From contig CADBQU010000032.1 in assembly GCA_902796905.1 (NCBI GenBank), positions 992-64,991 of the forward strand: 64,000 nucleotides of DNA, read 5' to 3'. Position 1 is the stretch's first letter. Every line of letters begins with the position of its first letter. Source of the DNA: Oscillospiraceae bacterium (GTDB lineage Bacteria; Bacillota; Clostridia; Oscillospirales; Acutalibacteraceae). Shown here in pieces: positions 18,225 to 28,949 of this stretch. The notes below the pieces were generated by a model, which saw only the letters and a list, made by a program, of their open reading frames with translations, searched no databases and was not told the DNA's origin. The position numbers and the translations under genes were made by a program.

Positions 18225-19256
18225 ATGAAACCTCTTTATTTTATTTTAACCGTATTTTTAACGCTTATAATGTTGCTTTTGCCGGTAATAGCTTTAAACG
18301 AATATAAAAAGGGAGAAGATATAAGCTTTTCCCTTTCCGAAAACAAAAATTCCATAAAAGTTTTTGTTAAATCATTAAATACCGTTCAAAACGTAGACAA
18401 AAAAAGTTACCTTTTTTCGGCTGTTGCAAACTCTTTAAGTAAAAACGCAAAAGAAGAAGCCGTAACGGCGGTGGCTTTAAGCTTTAAAACTTATATAGAA
18501 TATTTGAAAACCGAATATCCGCAAAGAAATTTTGATATAGATGATTTTGAGCAAAATTATTTGCCAAAAGAAGAGCTTTTAAAAGCCTTAAAAACAAAAT
18601 GGGGAACAAATTACGAAACCGTTAAAAAAACTTTTTTAAACGGTGTGGAAAAAGCTTTAAAATACAGTATTTATTACAACAACAAACCTATAATGGCAAA
18701 GGTTCATAAAATTTCCGGTGGAAAAACCGAAAGCGCAAAAAACATTTTGGGAACCGATATTCCATACCTTGTAAGCGTAGAAAGCGCCGGAGATTTACTT
18801 AACGAAAACTTTGAATCCAAAACAACCGTTCCGGCAGAAGAATTTAAAAATAAACTTAACGGTTTTTTAAATATTAATATTAATTTTACCGAAAACACCC
18901 AAAATTATATTTCTAAAATAAATAAAACCGAATGCGGAACCGTTACGGGAGTAATTGTTACCGGAAAAACCGCAGCAAACGAAAAAGAAAACCAAAACCA
19001 AAGCCAAAAAGATAAAGATACGCCAAAAGAGATAACCAAAGAAATTAAAGGCGAAGAATTTAAAAATATTTTCAATTTAAAAAGCAGTAATTTTACCGTT
19101 GTTTTTAAAAACAACTCTTTTTTAATAACATCTTTCGGAGAGGGCGACTTTTTGGGATTAAGTATTTCGGGCGCAGAATATATGGCAAATTCCGGCAGTA
19201 ATTTTAAAGATATTATAAATTGGTACTATAAAAATACCGAAATTGTAAAAAAATAA
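18225..19256 (+). CDS. SpoIID/LytB-domain protein (stage II sporulation protein D-like)
   Basis: N-terminal TM anchor. 'EEAVTAVALSFKTY' and 'HKISGGKTESAKNILGTDIPYLVSVES' resemble the SpoIID signature (AQAVAARTY / SxGGxTE..PYLxSV). Contains a Q/K/E-rich insert. Confidence 0.65.
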   Translation: MKPLYFILTVFLTLIMLLLPVIALNEYKKGEDISFSLSENKNSIKVFVKSLNTVQNVDKKSYLFSAVANSLSKNAKEEAVTAVALSFKTYIEYLKTEYPQRNFDIDDFEQNYLPKEELLKALKTKWGTNYETVKKTFLNGVEKALKYSIYYNNKPIMAKVHKISGGKTESAKNILGTDIPYLVSVESAGDLLNENFESKTTVPAEEFKNKLNGFLNININFTENTQNYISKINKTECGTVTGVIVTGKTAANEKENQNQSQKDKDTPKEITKEIKGEEFKNIFNLKSSNFTVVFKNNSFLITSFGEGDFLGLSISGAEYMANSGSNFKDIINWYYKNTEIVKK

Positions 19257-19300
19257 AATACAACAGCAAATCAAAGCCGTAAAAGACAATAATTTGCAAT

Positions 19301-19383
19301 ACGGCGAAAACGCCTTTGGCGTTTTAAAGCCTAAAATTTTATTTTAGGCTTTGGTACAAAATTTAAAATTTTGTACCCGCCGC
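19301..19383. repeat. FWJ intergenic element, divergent variant
   Basis: Outer stem cggcg/cgccg. Hairpins aaaacgcc-tttg-gcgtttt, aaagcctaaaat-ttta-ttttaggcttt and ggtacaaaattt-aaa-attttgtacc. Confidence 0.8.
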
Positions 19384-19444
19384 AGTAAAGCAAACTTTAA
19401 ATTCAAACATTTTTTAAAACCCAAAACTTAATAAAAAATAAAAA

Positions 19445-19482
19445 GAAATCGGACTCATATAATATCCGATTTCCTTTTTGTT
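19445..19482. terminator. Bidirectional terminator (SpoIID-like gene / MacB-like gene)
   Basis: gaaatcgga / tccgatttc hairpin (19445-19473) with T-runs after it on both strands. Confidence 0.5.
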
Positions 19483-19504
19483 ATTTGCTTTTTTCTAAAA
19501 CTTT

Positions 19505-22306
19505 TTATTCGCTTCTTAATGCTATTACCGGGTCTTTTTTAGCGGCAAGCCTTGCCGGAATAAGCCCTGCTATTACCGTAAGTATTGTACTTAATACTAT
19601 TAGTATAATTGCGCCCTCTGCGGGTAAAACGGCTATATTATTAACTCCCGAAAGATTTTTTATTATTAAGTTTGCCGGAACGGTTAAAAGCAACGAAATA
19701 CCTATTCCTAAAACGCCGGAGAAAAATCCCACAATTGCGGTTTCGGCAATAAACACATTGGAAACATTAAATTTGCTGGCTCCCAAGCTTCGCAATATAC
19801 CGATTTCTTTTGTGCGTTCCAAAACGGAAATATACGTTATAATGCCTATCATTATGCTGGAAACCACCAAAGATATTGAAACAAAGCCTATAAGCAGATA
19901 GGTTATCATATTTATAACCTTATTAACATTGCTGATCATAATTCCTATAAAATCGGTGTATTCAATTTTATATTCTTCTTTTTCTTTACCCTTTAAAGAA
20001 TTGTATTTTGCTATTTCGTCCGTTACTATTTCTCTTGCGTCAAAATCCTTTAAATATAAATTAACGGAACTGGGTTTGTTGTAATCAAATGCGCCTAAGG
20101 TATTAAGGTTTGTTTCGGCGGTTGCATTCATTTGAGTTTTTAAAGATTTTAAATACAGCTCTCTTTCGCTTTCGGAAAGCGCCGCCAAAGTAGCTTTTGT
20201 TTTTTGGGGCAAAATGTTTATAAGTTCTTCGTTAGACATATTGCTTACATCTAAAAATTCCGTACCCGTAAAAACATTTATATTTTTATTTTCTTTTTGT
20301 TGTTTTACTATTTCGCTTTGGTTTTCGGTATTTATTAAAAGCTTTGTTAAATCTTCGGTATAGCCTATTGCCGCAAGCGTATTGCCGGAAGAGGTGTTGT
20401 TGGGCTTTATAATACCTACAACCTTTAAAGCCAAAGCGTTTTTATACTGTTCTTTTATATACTCTTCATCCTGAGATTTATCTACCCAAACATTATTGAC
20501 CTTTTTATAAAGCTTTGAATTGGGAATAATTTTAAAAGACGTGTTTAAAATTTGGCTGTACGTAAATGAGGCTTTTTTGTAATCTTCTTTTTTAACCTCT
20601 TCGCCGTTTTCGATTTTCTTTTTAATTTCGTTAAATTCGTCCCAGTCCTTTAAACCTAAAGTATAAAGCGTTTGGTCGGAAATTTCATTGTCTTTATTAA
20701 CTATAACTGCTATTTCGTCGGCATTTTTAGGAAAACTTCCCGTTACCAGACTGTACTGACTTTCCAAAAGCTCTTGATTGTTAATCATTTCGGTCCAGGT
20801 TTCGGTTGTAACGCCCATACTTGCCCACATAGATTTTGCGCTTGACATCATTTCATTTTTGTTTTCAAGTTCGCTTGGATTTATTTTTAAAATTTTTCCG
20901 CTGTCTTTTTGGCTAAAAACCTGCAGGTTTAAATCGTAACCGTATTTAACGCTGGAAACATTCTCTTTTATGGTATTGCCTTTACTGCTTTCCAAATATT
21001 TTTTAAACTCGTAAAGATTGTTGTTTTTAGTGGTAAGCGTTTGGGTTTTTAAGGTTGTACCCACAAAGCCTTTTTGATGAATTTTATTATCGTTATGGGT
21101 TTCTTTATTTTGCATTTCCTCCATAATTTCTTTAGAAGAACTAAAATCCACCGCATTGCTTTGAATACTTAAAGGATAGCTTGATAAAGTATCGGTTTCA
21201 ACCTTTTCGATATACGCGCTCATACCGTTCGAAAGCGCCAAAATAAGCGCTATGCCTATAATGCCTATGCTTCCGGCAAACGAAGTTAAAAGTGTTCTGC
21301 CCTTTTTGGTTTTTAAATTTTGGAAAGAAAGCTCCAACGCCGTTAAAAAGCCCATAGAAACTTTTTTTGACGCCTTTTTGGAAGCTTTGTTAAAAGCCTT
21401 GGCAAAAGCTTTTGAATATTCTTTGTTTGAATTTTTGTTTGTATTTCCGCTTGCATTTTCGCCGGAATTTCCGCTTGTATTTTCTTTATTTAAATTTTTA
21501 TCGTTCGGAGTATTGCTTTGGTTTTCTTTTATTTCTTTATTTTCTTTATTCTCTTTATTTTCTTTATTTTCTGTTTTTAATTCTTCGGATGTTTTTTCCG
21601 CTGATTCTTCCGCAAAAATTTCTTCATCCGTACAAGGATTGCTGTCGGATTTTATTTCGCCGTCCAAAAGCTCTATAATACGGGTGGAATAATCTTGTGC
21701 CAGTTTTGGGTTATGCGTTACCATTATAACCAATTTATCCTTGGCTATTTCTTTTAAAAGTTCCATTATTTGAACGGAAGTAGCGCTGTCCAAAGCCCCC
21801 GTTGGTTCATCCGCCAACAAAATTTCGGGATTATTAACCAAAGCCCTTGCAATTGCCACGCGCTGCATTTGTCCGCCGGAAAGTTGATTGGGCTTTTTAT
21901 TTTTATGGTCTTTTAATCCTACTTTTTCCAAAGCCTCCAACGCTCTGGCTTTGCGTTCTTTTTTAGAAACACCCGAAATGGTAAGAGCCAGTTCCACGTT
22001 TTTTAAAACGGTGCTTTGAGGAATAAGATTGTAGCTTTGAAAAACAAAGCCTATAAAGCCGTTGCGATAGCTGTCCCAATTGCGGCTTTTATAATATTTG
22101 GTAGACACCCCTTTTATTATAAGGTCGCCTTGGGTATATTTATCCAATCCGCCTATAATATTTAAAAGTGTGGTTTTACCAGAACCCGAAGGGCCCAAAA
22201 CAGAAACAAATTCGTTTTGTCTGAAATTTATATTAACATTTTTTAATGCCGTTTGGGTTAAGGCTTCGGTTTTATAAACTTTTGTTATGTTTTTTAAGCT
22301 TAGCAT
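19505..22306 (-). CDS. MacB/FtsX-type fused ABC transporter (ATPase + permease)
   Basis: N-terminal ATPase: 'GPSGSGKTT', '[15 protein letters not shown]', '[11 protein letters not shown]'. Then an ENK-repeat linker, a large extracytoplasmic domain and a C-terminal FtsX 4-TM module. The second ATG (22306) has better spacing from GAAAGG than the first (22312). Confidence 0.85.
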   Translation of the reverse strand: MLSLKNITKVYKTEALTQTALKNVNINFRQNEFVSVLGPSGSGKTTLLNIIGGLDKYTQGDLIIKGVSTKYYKSRNWDSYRNGFIGFVFQSYNLIPQSTVLKNVELALTISGVSKKERKARALEALEKVGLKDHKNKKPNQLSGGQMQRVAIARALVNNPEILLADEPTGALDSATSVQIMELLKEIAKDKLVIMVTHNPKLAQDYSTRIIELLDGEIKSDSNPCTDEEIFAEESAEKTSEELKTENKENKENKENKEIKENQSNTPNDKNLNKENTSGNSGENASGNTNKNSNKEYSKAFAKAFNKASKKASKKVSMGFLTALELSFQNLKTKKGRTLLTSFAGSIGIIGIALILALSNGMSAYIEKVETDTLSSYPLSIQSNAVDFSSSKEIMEEMQNKETHNDNKIHQKGFVGTTLKTQTLTTKNNNLYEFKKYLESSKGNTIKENVSSVKYGYDLNLQVFSQKDSGKILKINPSELENKNEMMSSAKSMWASMGVTTETWTEMINNQELLESQYSLVTGSFPKNADEIAVIVNKDNEISDQTLYTLGLKDWDEFNEIKKKIENGEEVKKEDYKKASFTYSQILNTSFKIIPNSKLYKKVNNVWVDKSQDEEYIKEQYKNALALKVVGIIKPNNTSSGNTLAAIGYTEDLTKLLINTENQSEIVKQQKENKNINVFTGTEFLDVSNMSNEELINILPQKTKATLAALSESERELYLKSLKTQMNATAETNLNTLGAFDYNKPSSVNLYLKDFDAREIVTDEIAKYNSLKGKEKEEYKIEYTDFIGIMISNVNKVINMITYLLIGFVSISLVVSSIMIGIITYISVLERTKEIGILRSLGASKFNVSNVFIAETAIVGFFSGVLGIGISLLLTVPANLIIKNLSGVNNIAVLPAEGAIILIVLSTILTVIAGLIPARLAAKKDPVIALRSE

Positions 22307-22413
22307 AAACATTTACCTTTCTTAAAAAGTAAAATATAAATTTTCGGATTTTAAATTCATAAATTTTTTGATTTTTCATTATATAAATTATTGTTTGCAA
22401 AAATATTAAAATT

Positions 22414-23115
22414 TTATAAATTTTTGCTTTTTAAAAAAGGTAAAACTTTAATTGTAATTATTTGTGCAAAAATTATTTTTAAAATATCCGGTAAAATAAA
22501 GGGCAAAACCGAAAGTGTTAAAATATTTAAAACCGAATAAGAAGAATTTGTAAATATAACCATTGTTAAACAGCCTAAAATATAAGTGGGTATTTGACAC
22601 AAAAAAAGCAACGCCGTTTGCTTTAAAAATCCTAAAGAAAAAACGGAAATAGTTTTATTTTTACTTTTTTCTTCCGTTATATTTTCTGCTTTTTCTTCGG
22701 CTTTGTTTTCTGTTTGGTTTTTGAATTTATTTTTTAATGTTGCGTTGGATTTTGTTTTTGTTTTTTCGCTTTTTTTAAATACGGCGGCAGCCAAAAAAGC
22801 GGTTATTATAAAGCCTAAAATAAAACCGGAGGTAGGGCTTAAAAAAACTGCCATTCCCGTACCCGCAGAAAAAACAGGCACACCCAAAAAGCCTAAAAAA
22901 ATAAAAATCAAAACCGAAACCGCAGCGCATTCCGGCATTATTCCCGCCACCAAAAAAACGCCGAAGCTTTGAAGCGTAAACGGAACAAAAAACGGTATTT
23001 TAATAAGCGAACATATTATTAAAAAAACCGACGCCAACGCTGTTTTTGTAATATAATAAATGCTTTTTTTGTTTCTTTTTTTAATTACTTCTTTGTTTTT
23101 ATTTTTGTTATTCAT
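22414..23115 (-). CDS. bioY: BioY-family biotin transporter S-component with K/E-rich internal insert
   Basis: The 'GFLGVPVFSAGTGMAVFLSPTSGFILGFII' core is BioY-like. About 45 aa of K/N/E-rich sequence are inserted between TM helices. Confidence 0.75.
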   Translation of the reverse strand: MNNKNKNKEVIKKRNKKSIYYITKTALASVFLIICSLIKIPFFVPFTLQSFGVFLVAGIMPECAAVSVLIFIFLGFLGVPVFSAGTGMAVFLSPTSGFILGFIITAFLAAAVFKKSEKTKTKSNATLKNKFKNQTENKAEEKAENITEEKSKNKTISVFSLGFLKQTALLFLCQIPTYILGCLTMVIFTNSSYSVLNILTLSVLPFILPDILKIIFAQIITIKVLPFLKSKNL

Positions 23116-23169
23116 CTTTGCATTCTCTTTAATTATTAATTATTTTTTGGTTTGTTAATTTTGTATTAC

Positions 23170-23261
23170 GGGCGGCAGCCCCCAAAAACAATCAATTGTT
23201 TTTAGGGGCAAAAGCAAATTTTTTGCTTTTGCAAAGCCCTGCGGGCTTTGGGCTGCCGCCC
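23170..23261 (+). repeat. FWJ intergenic element, order A-B-C (near-consensus copy)
   Basis: 12-bp outer stem gggcggcagccc/gggctgccgccc. Hairpins ccaaaaacaa-tcaa-ttgttttt(a)gg, gcaaaagcaa-atttt-ttgcttttgc and aaagccc-tgc-gggcttt. Confidence 0.95.
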
Positions 23262-23266
23262 TTATT

Positions 23267-24253
23267 TTATTTTGTTATATCCATTGTGGCAAAAGCGTTT
23301 AAAGAACTGTCTGCTCTTTCGCTTTCAAAAGCCGCGGCTACGCCCATCATAGCGGCGTTATCTCCGCAATATTTTAATTCCGGAAAATATATGTTAAATT
23401 CTTTATTTTCCGAAAAACGCTTTCTCAGCTCGCTGTTTGCAGAAACTCCGCCCGCCAACGCAATATCTTTATAACCCAAATTTTTTGCGGCTTTAACCGT
23501 ATTTTTATAAAGAATATCGCAAACCTTATATCTTAATGTGGCCGCCAAAACCGGAATATCGGCTTTTTCGTTTTTTTGCTCCAAATTATGCAAAATATTA
23601 ACGGCTGCGGTTTTAATTCCCGAAAAGGAAAAATCCAATTCGCTGCCGGTAACAACAGGTGTGGGAAGCGGATATTTTTTTAAGTCCGGAACAGTGGCGA
23701 TTCTATCCAAATTAACTCCTCCCGGATAACTCAGTCCCATAGCCCTTGCGCACTTATCAAAACACTCTCCCGCGGCGTCGTCTCTTGTACTTGCAACAAT
23801 ATTAAATTTATTATAGTCTTTTACTTCCGTTATAACGGTATTCCCGCCCGAAACCATAAGGCATAAAAACGGAGGCTTTAAATTTTTGTGGGTTATGTAA
23901 TTTGCGGCTATATGCCCTTTTAAATGATGAACCGGAATAAGAGGAACATTTAAGCTTTGCGCCGCTCCTTTTGCAAAATTTACGCCTACAAGCAAAGCCC
24001 CTATAAGCCCCGGTCGGTTTGTAACGGCTACCGCTTCTATATCGTTTTTTGTTATTCCTGCTTTGTTTACCGCTTCTTCCGCTACGGCGTATATATTTTC
24101 CAAATGCCTTCTTGAGGCTATTTCGGGAACTACTCCGCCGTACAGTTTGTGTTCCTCTATTTGCGTTGCCACAATATTGCTAAGCACGGTTCTTCCGTTT
24201 GTAACGGCTGCCGAGGTTTCGTCGCAACTGGATTCTATAGCTAAAATATTCAA
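23267..24253 (-). CDS. tsaD: tRNA N6-adenosine threonylcarbamoyltransferase TsaD
   Basis: 'ILAIESSCDETSAAV' and 'HHLKGHI' motifs. Start reassigned to the TTG at 24253 (GAAAGAAAGGA upstream), because the track ORF extends spuriously through the repeat to 24337. Confidence 0.93.
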   Translation of the reverse strand: MNILAIESSCDETSAAVTNGRTVLSNIVATQIEEHKLYGGVVPEIASRRHLENIYAVAEEAVNKAGITKNDIEAVAVTNRPGLIGALLVGVNFAKGAAQSLNVPLIPVHHLKGHIAANYITHKNLKPPFLCLMVSGGNTVITEVKDYNKFNIVASTRDDAAGECFDKCARAMGLSYPGGVNLDRIATVPDLKKYPLPTPVVTGSELDFSFSGIKTAAVNILHNLEQKNEKADIPVLAATLRYKVCDILYKNTVKAAKNLGYKDIALAGGVSANSELRKRFSENKEFNIYFPELKYCGDNAAMMGVAAAFESERADSSLNAFATMDITK

Positions 24254-24270
24254 AATAATTCCTTTCTTTC

Positions 24271-24364
24271 GGGCGGCAAGCCCAAAGCCCAAAGGGCTTT
24301 GCAAAAAGCAAAAATTTGCTTTTTGCGCCAAAAACAATAAATTGTTTTTGGCGGCTTGCCGCCC
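24271..24364 (-). repeat. FWJ intergenic element, order C-B-A
   Basis: Outer stem gggcggcaagcc/ggcttgccgccc. Hairpins aaagccc-aaa-gggcttt, gcaaaaagcaaa..tttgctttttgc and gccaaaaacaat-aaa-ttgtttttggc. Confidence 0.9.
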
Positions 24365-24461
24365 AACGCTGTTATAAAAATCAAGTCAATCAAAAATTAA
24401 ATCAATCAAAAAATTAAAAATCAAAAAATTAAAAATCAAAAAAATTTAAAATTTAAAAAAA

Positions 24462-25517
24462 TCAAAAATTCAATGTAAAAATATATGCGTCTTCCAAAGG
24501 AGATGTGTAAAAATTTTTGCGTTCGCCGCTTAATTTAAAATTAAATTTTTTATAAAGATTTATTGCTGCGGTATTGCTTTTTCTTACTTCAAGCGAAATA
24601 AACGCGGCGTTTTCGCTTTCGGCATTTTTTATTGCGGCGTCCAATAACGAAACGGCAACCTTTTTGTTCCTGTACTTTTTTAAAACGCCTATATTGGTTA
24701 TGTACCTTTCGTTTAAAACTTTTAAAACTCCTACATATCCAATAGCCGAACGGTTTAAATAATAAATGTAAAATTCGGTGTTTACGCTGTCTTTAAAGCT
24801 TTGGCGGCTCCACGGTTTTTTAAAACATTCTTTTTCTATTATTTCAAGCTCTTCGGCTTCTTTTTCGGTAATACCGTTGCCGTTTAAATTACAGTCGTTT
24901 TTCGGGTTTTCCGTGCTGTTTTTTGCTTTTACGCTGTTTACGCTTTTTGCGCTTATTTTTTTTATATTTATTAATTCGTTTATTTTTTCTTTTAAAGCCA
25001 GCGCCGTTTTATTATAAACTTCTTGGCTTTGCCCGAATGGGTCGGGAATATTTAAAACAATAATTTTTTTATTTTTTATTTCTTCTTTTTCTTCTTTGCT
25101 TAAAGTATTTAAACCGTTAAAATTTTCGCTTTTAAAAAAACTTTCTATAAAAAGCTTATGCGAATTTTCCATTACGGCTATAATATCCGCTTTTTTGCAA
25201 AGCTCAACAGTTAACGGCTTTGGTTTATAATGTATTATGTATTTTCGGTTTATGTTTAAATATTCCAAAGCGTTAACGGATTTTTCATTTACCAAAATCG
25301 TATTATCGGAACCGTTAACGGAGTTAGAATTTGAATTATAATTATTAGAATTATAGTTATTATCGTTATTTTCGTTCCCGTAATTTTCATAATAATTATA
25401 TGCTACGCTTAAACCGGCGCTGTCGGCAACCACGCCTTTTATTTCGGCAGAATTTAAAACCGCCATTGCCAAAGGACTTCGGCAGGTATTTCCGCTGCAA
25501 ACAAATAAAATATTCAT
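24462..25517 (-). CDS. Fusion protein: low-molecular-weight phosphatase (LMW-PTP/arginine-phosphatase type) + RimI-type GNAT acetyltransferase
   Basis: N-terminal part has 'LFVCSGNTCRSP' (CX5R P-loop), 'DSAG' and 'IPDPFG', with an N/Y/S-rich insert. C-terminal part has 'EKECFKKPWS', 'ITNIGVLKKYRNKKVAVSLL' and 'ISLEVRKSNTAAINLYKKFNF'. Confidence 0.85.
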   Translation of the reverse strand: MNILFVCSGNTCRSPLAMAVLNSAEIKGVVADSAGLSVAYNYYENYGNENNDNNYNSNNYNSNSNSVNGSDNTILVNEKSVNALEYLNINRKYIIHYKPKPLTVELCKKADIIAVMENSHKLFIESFFKSENFNGLNTLSKEEKEEIKNKKIIVLNIPDPFGQSQEVYNKTALALKEKINELINIKKISAKSVNSVKAKNSTENPKNDCNLNGNGITEKEAEELEIIEKECFKKPWSRQSFKDSVNTEFYIYYLNRSAIGYVGVLKVLNERYITNIGVLKKYRNKKVAVSLLDAAIKNAESENAAFISLEVRKSNTAAINLYKKFNFKLSGERKNFYTSPLEDAYIFTLNF

Positions 25518-25628
25518 AAACGCTTTCCCCGTTTTTGTCTTAAGCCTTTATTCAGCTTTTATTTTTGGTTTTTTGTTTTAAAATTTGTTTTAAAATTTTA
25601 AATTTAGAATTTTATTTTACATAAAAAA

Positions 25629-25708
25629 GCCCCAAAGCCCTTTGGGCTTTGGCAAAAGCTTTTTTAAGCTTTTGCGCCAAAACAAAAAGTATTTTTTGTT
25701 TTTGGGGC
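25629..25708 (-). repeat. FWJ intergenic element, order C-B-A, short outer stem
   Basis: Outer stem gcccc/ggggc. Hairpins ccaaagccc-ttt-gggctttgg, caaaagctt-tttt-aagcttttg and ccaaaacaaaaa..tttttgtttttgg. Confidence 0.8.
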
Positions 25709-25798
25709 CTTTATTCCTTTATATTTTTATAATACTATAGTAAAAAAATTTTTTCAATCAAAATTAATACCTATTTTGTATATTTTTATTAAAAAATA

Positions 25799-25827
25799 TT
25801 GCACTGATATTTAGCTTGTGATATAAT
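25799..25827 (+). promoter_or_regulatory. Candidate gdhA promoter
   Basis: ttgcac (25799-25804), 17-nt spacer, extended -10 tgatataat (tataat at 25822-25827). Confidence 0.6.
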
Positions 25828-25865
25828 CATTAATTGTAAAAATATAATTTTTTATAAATTTTTAA

Positions 25866-27236
<1,371 letters not shown>

Positions 27237-27388
27237 TATTATTGTTTATTAATATTAACTGATAAATTACCCAAGCGTAAAAATTTATTTATTAATTTAA
27301 TAAATTTAAGAAGTAAAAGCAAAACGGATTTTTATTGTTTTTTCAATAATTTTCGTTTTGCTTTTTATTTTTGGTATTGTTTATATTA

Positions 27389-27482
27389 GGGCGAAGCCCA
27401 AAGCCCGAAGCCTAAAAGGCATCGGGCTTTAACAAAAGCAAAGCTTTTGTTCCGAAAAACTTTTGTTTTTCGGGGCTTCGCC
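27389..27482 (-). repeat. FWJ intergenic element, order C-B-A (close relative of the 8713 copy)
   Basis: Outer stem gggcgaagcc/ggcttcgcc. Hairpins aaagcccgaagcc..ggcatcgggcttt, aacaaaagc-aaa-gcttttgtt and ccgaaaaac-tttt-gtttttcgg. Confidence 0.9.
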
Positions 27483-27522
27483 TTATTATATATTAAACTT
27501 TAATTTTAAGCTTTATTTTTAT

Positions 27523-28515
27523 TTAAAAAATTGTAACGGCTAAATATACGGCGTATATTGCCACAAGCAAAATGCCTTGAAATTTAGAAGATTTTTGACG
27601 GAATAAAATAGGTATCATAGCCACAAGCGTTACCAATATGCATACCGGAAAATCTATAAAAAGACTGTTGTGCGAAACAGGAATAGGTTTATTTGAAATA
27701 ACGGAGCAAAGCGGTAAAATTAAGGAAATATCTATAATATTTGCACCTATAATATTACCTGCCGAAAGCGAAGATTCTTTTTTAACTATTGCGGTTATTG
27801 TAGTTACAAGCTCCGGCAAACTGGTGCCTATTGCAACTAAAGTTACGGCTATAATTCTTTCGTCTACTTTAAGCCAGCGTGCTATGTTTGTGCCGTTGTC
27901 CACCATTAATCTTGAGCCCACAACAATTGCCGCCGCGCCCAAAACAAAAAACAGAATGTTTTTGCCTATATTATTTTTACCGTTTGTATCGGCTTCGTTT
28001 TTCTCTTTATTTTTTTCTTTCAATTCTTTTTCGGCGTCTTTTATATTTAAAGCCGAAATTTCATTTTTTGCGCTTAAAACATTTTGTATCATAAACAAAG
28101 CAAATATTATTACCAAAATAATACTGCCCCAAATATTTAAATATCCCTTTAAACTTGCAATCCACAAAACTACCGTGGCGCTTATAAGCAAAATAATTTG
28201 TTTCATGTATTTTTTTCTGGGGGCAAAAATTGTCATGGCTATCATAGCGGTTGCCATTATAATTGCGGTATTGGCCGTAACCGAGCCCACGGCGTTGCCT
28301 ATTGCCATTTCGTTGGAGCCTTCTGCCGCCGCCATACACGAAACTATCATTTCGGGCAATGTGGTTGCAAGGCTTACTATTGTGGCGCCTATAATAAATG
28401 TAGGTACTTTTAAAATTTTTGCTATAGCTGTAGCGGAATCTACAAATACATCTCCGCCTTTAACCACAAAAAGAATTCCTAAGGCAAACAAAAAACAGGT
28501 AATAAAAATTTGCAT
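27523..28515 (-). CDS. Ca2+/Na+ antiporter (CaCA / YrbG family)
   Basis: Two alpha-repeats ('GNAVGSVTAN', 'GNIIGANIID') separated by a K/E-rich loop. Start at the ATG at 28515, with GGGAG upstream. Confidence 0.85.
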   Translation of the reverse strand: MQIFITCFLFALGILFVVKGGDVFVDSATAIAKILKVPTFIIGATIVSLATTLPEMIVSCMAAAEGSNEMAIGNAVGSVTANTAIIMATAMIAMTIFAPRKKYMKQIILLISATVVLWIASLKGYLNIWGSIILVIIFALFMIQNVLSAKNEISALNIKDAEKELKEKNKEKNEADTNGKNNIGKNILFFVLGAAAIVVGSRLMVDNGTNIARWLKVDERIIAVTLVAIGTSLPELVTTITAIVKKESSLSAGNIIGANIIDISLILPLCSVISNKPIPVSHNSLFIDFPVCILVTLVAMIPILFRQKSSKFQGILLVAIYAVYLAVTIF

Positions 28516-28782
28516 AATAAAAAATCTCCCAAATAAAAATAAAGACCGACTTTTACAAAAATATAAAAATAAGTTTAACAAAAATGCATAAAAAAGTCAA
28601 TATAAATATAAATATACATAAACAATACTGTTTGCAAACCAAAAATAAAATTCTTATAATTTTTTTAATATATTTAAATATATATTAAAAATATAACATT
28701 TTTATACGCGCATTTGCATTAATAAAAACATTAATAAATAAATCAATTAATAAAATTATTAATAATATACCGTTTTTATAAC

Positions 28783-28821
28783 GGCAAAAAACGGCGGACA
28801 AAAGCCTATACTTTTGTCCGC
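28783..28821 (-). terminator. Rho-independent terminator after the amidase gene
   Basis: gcggacaaaag-cctata-cttttgtccgc (28794-28821). On the minus strand it is followed by cgttttttgcc. Confidence 0.6.
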
Positions 28822-28838
28822 TGCTTTTTGTGCTTTAA

Positions 28839-28919
28839 GGGCGAAGTCCCCAAAAACCTTCGGTTTTTGGGCAAAGCTTTAGCTTTGCAAAAGGCTTTTA
28901 GCCTTTTGGGGCTTCGCCC
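28839..28919 (+). repeat. FWJ intergenic element, order A-B-C
   Basis: Outer stem gggcgaag/cttcgccc. Hairpins ccaaaaacc-ttc-ggtttttgg, gcaaagct-tt-agctttgc and aaaaggct-ttt-agcctttt. Confidence 0.9.
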
Positions 28920-28949
28920 GTACCATTACACCAATATAGTTTTTTTAAT

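Noticed and set aside
27638-28591. 317-aa plus-strand ORF, and similar long antisense ORFs at 2120-2803, 9716-10168, 19485-19901, 26627-27226 and 38530-39135
   Set aside because: Each lies entirely antisense to a strongly supported conserved gene (CaCA antiporter, GH3, CPA2 antiporter, MacB-like transporter, gdhA, pgk). They have low-complexity composition and no Shine-Dalgarno sequence, and are typical shadow ORFs.
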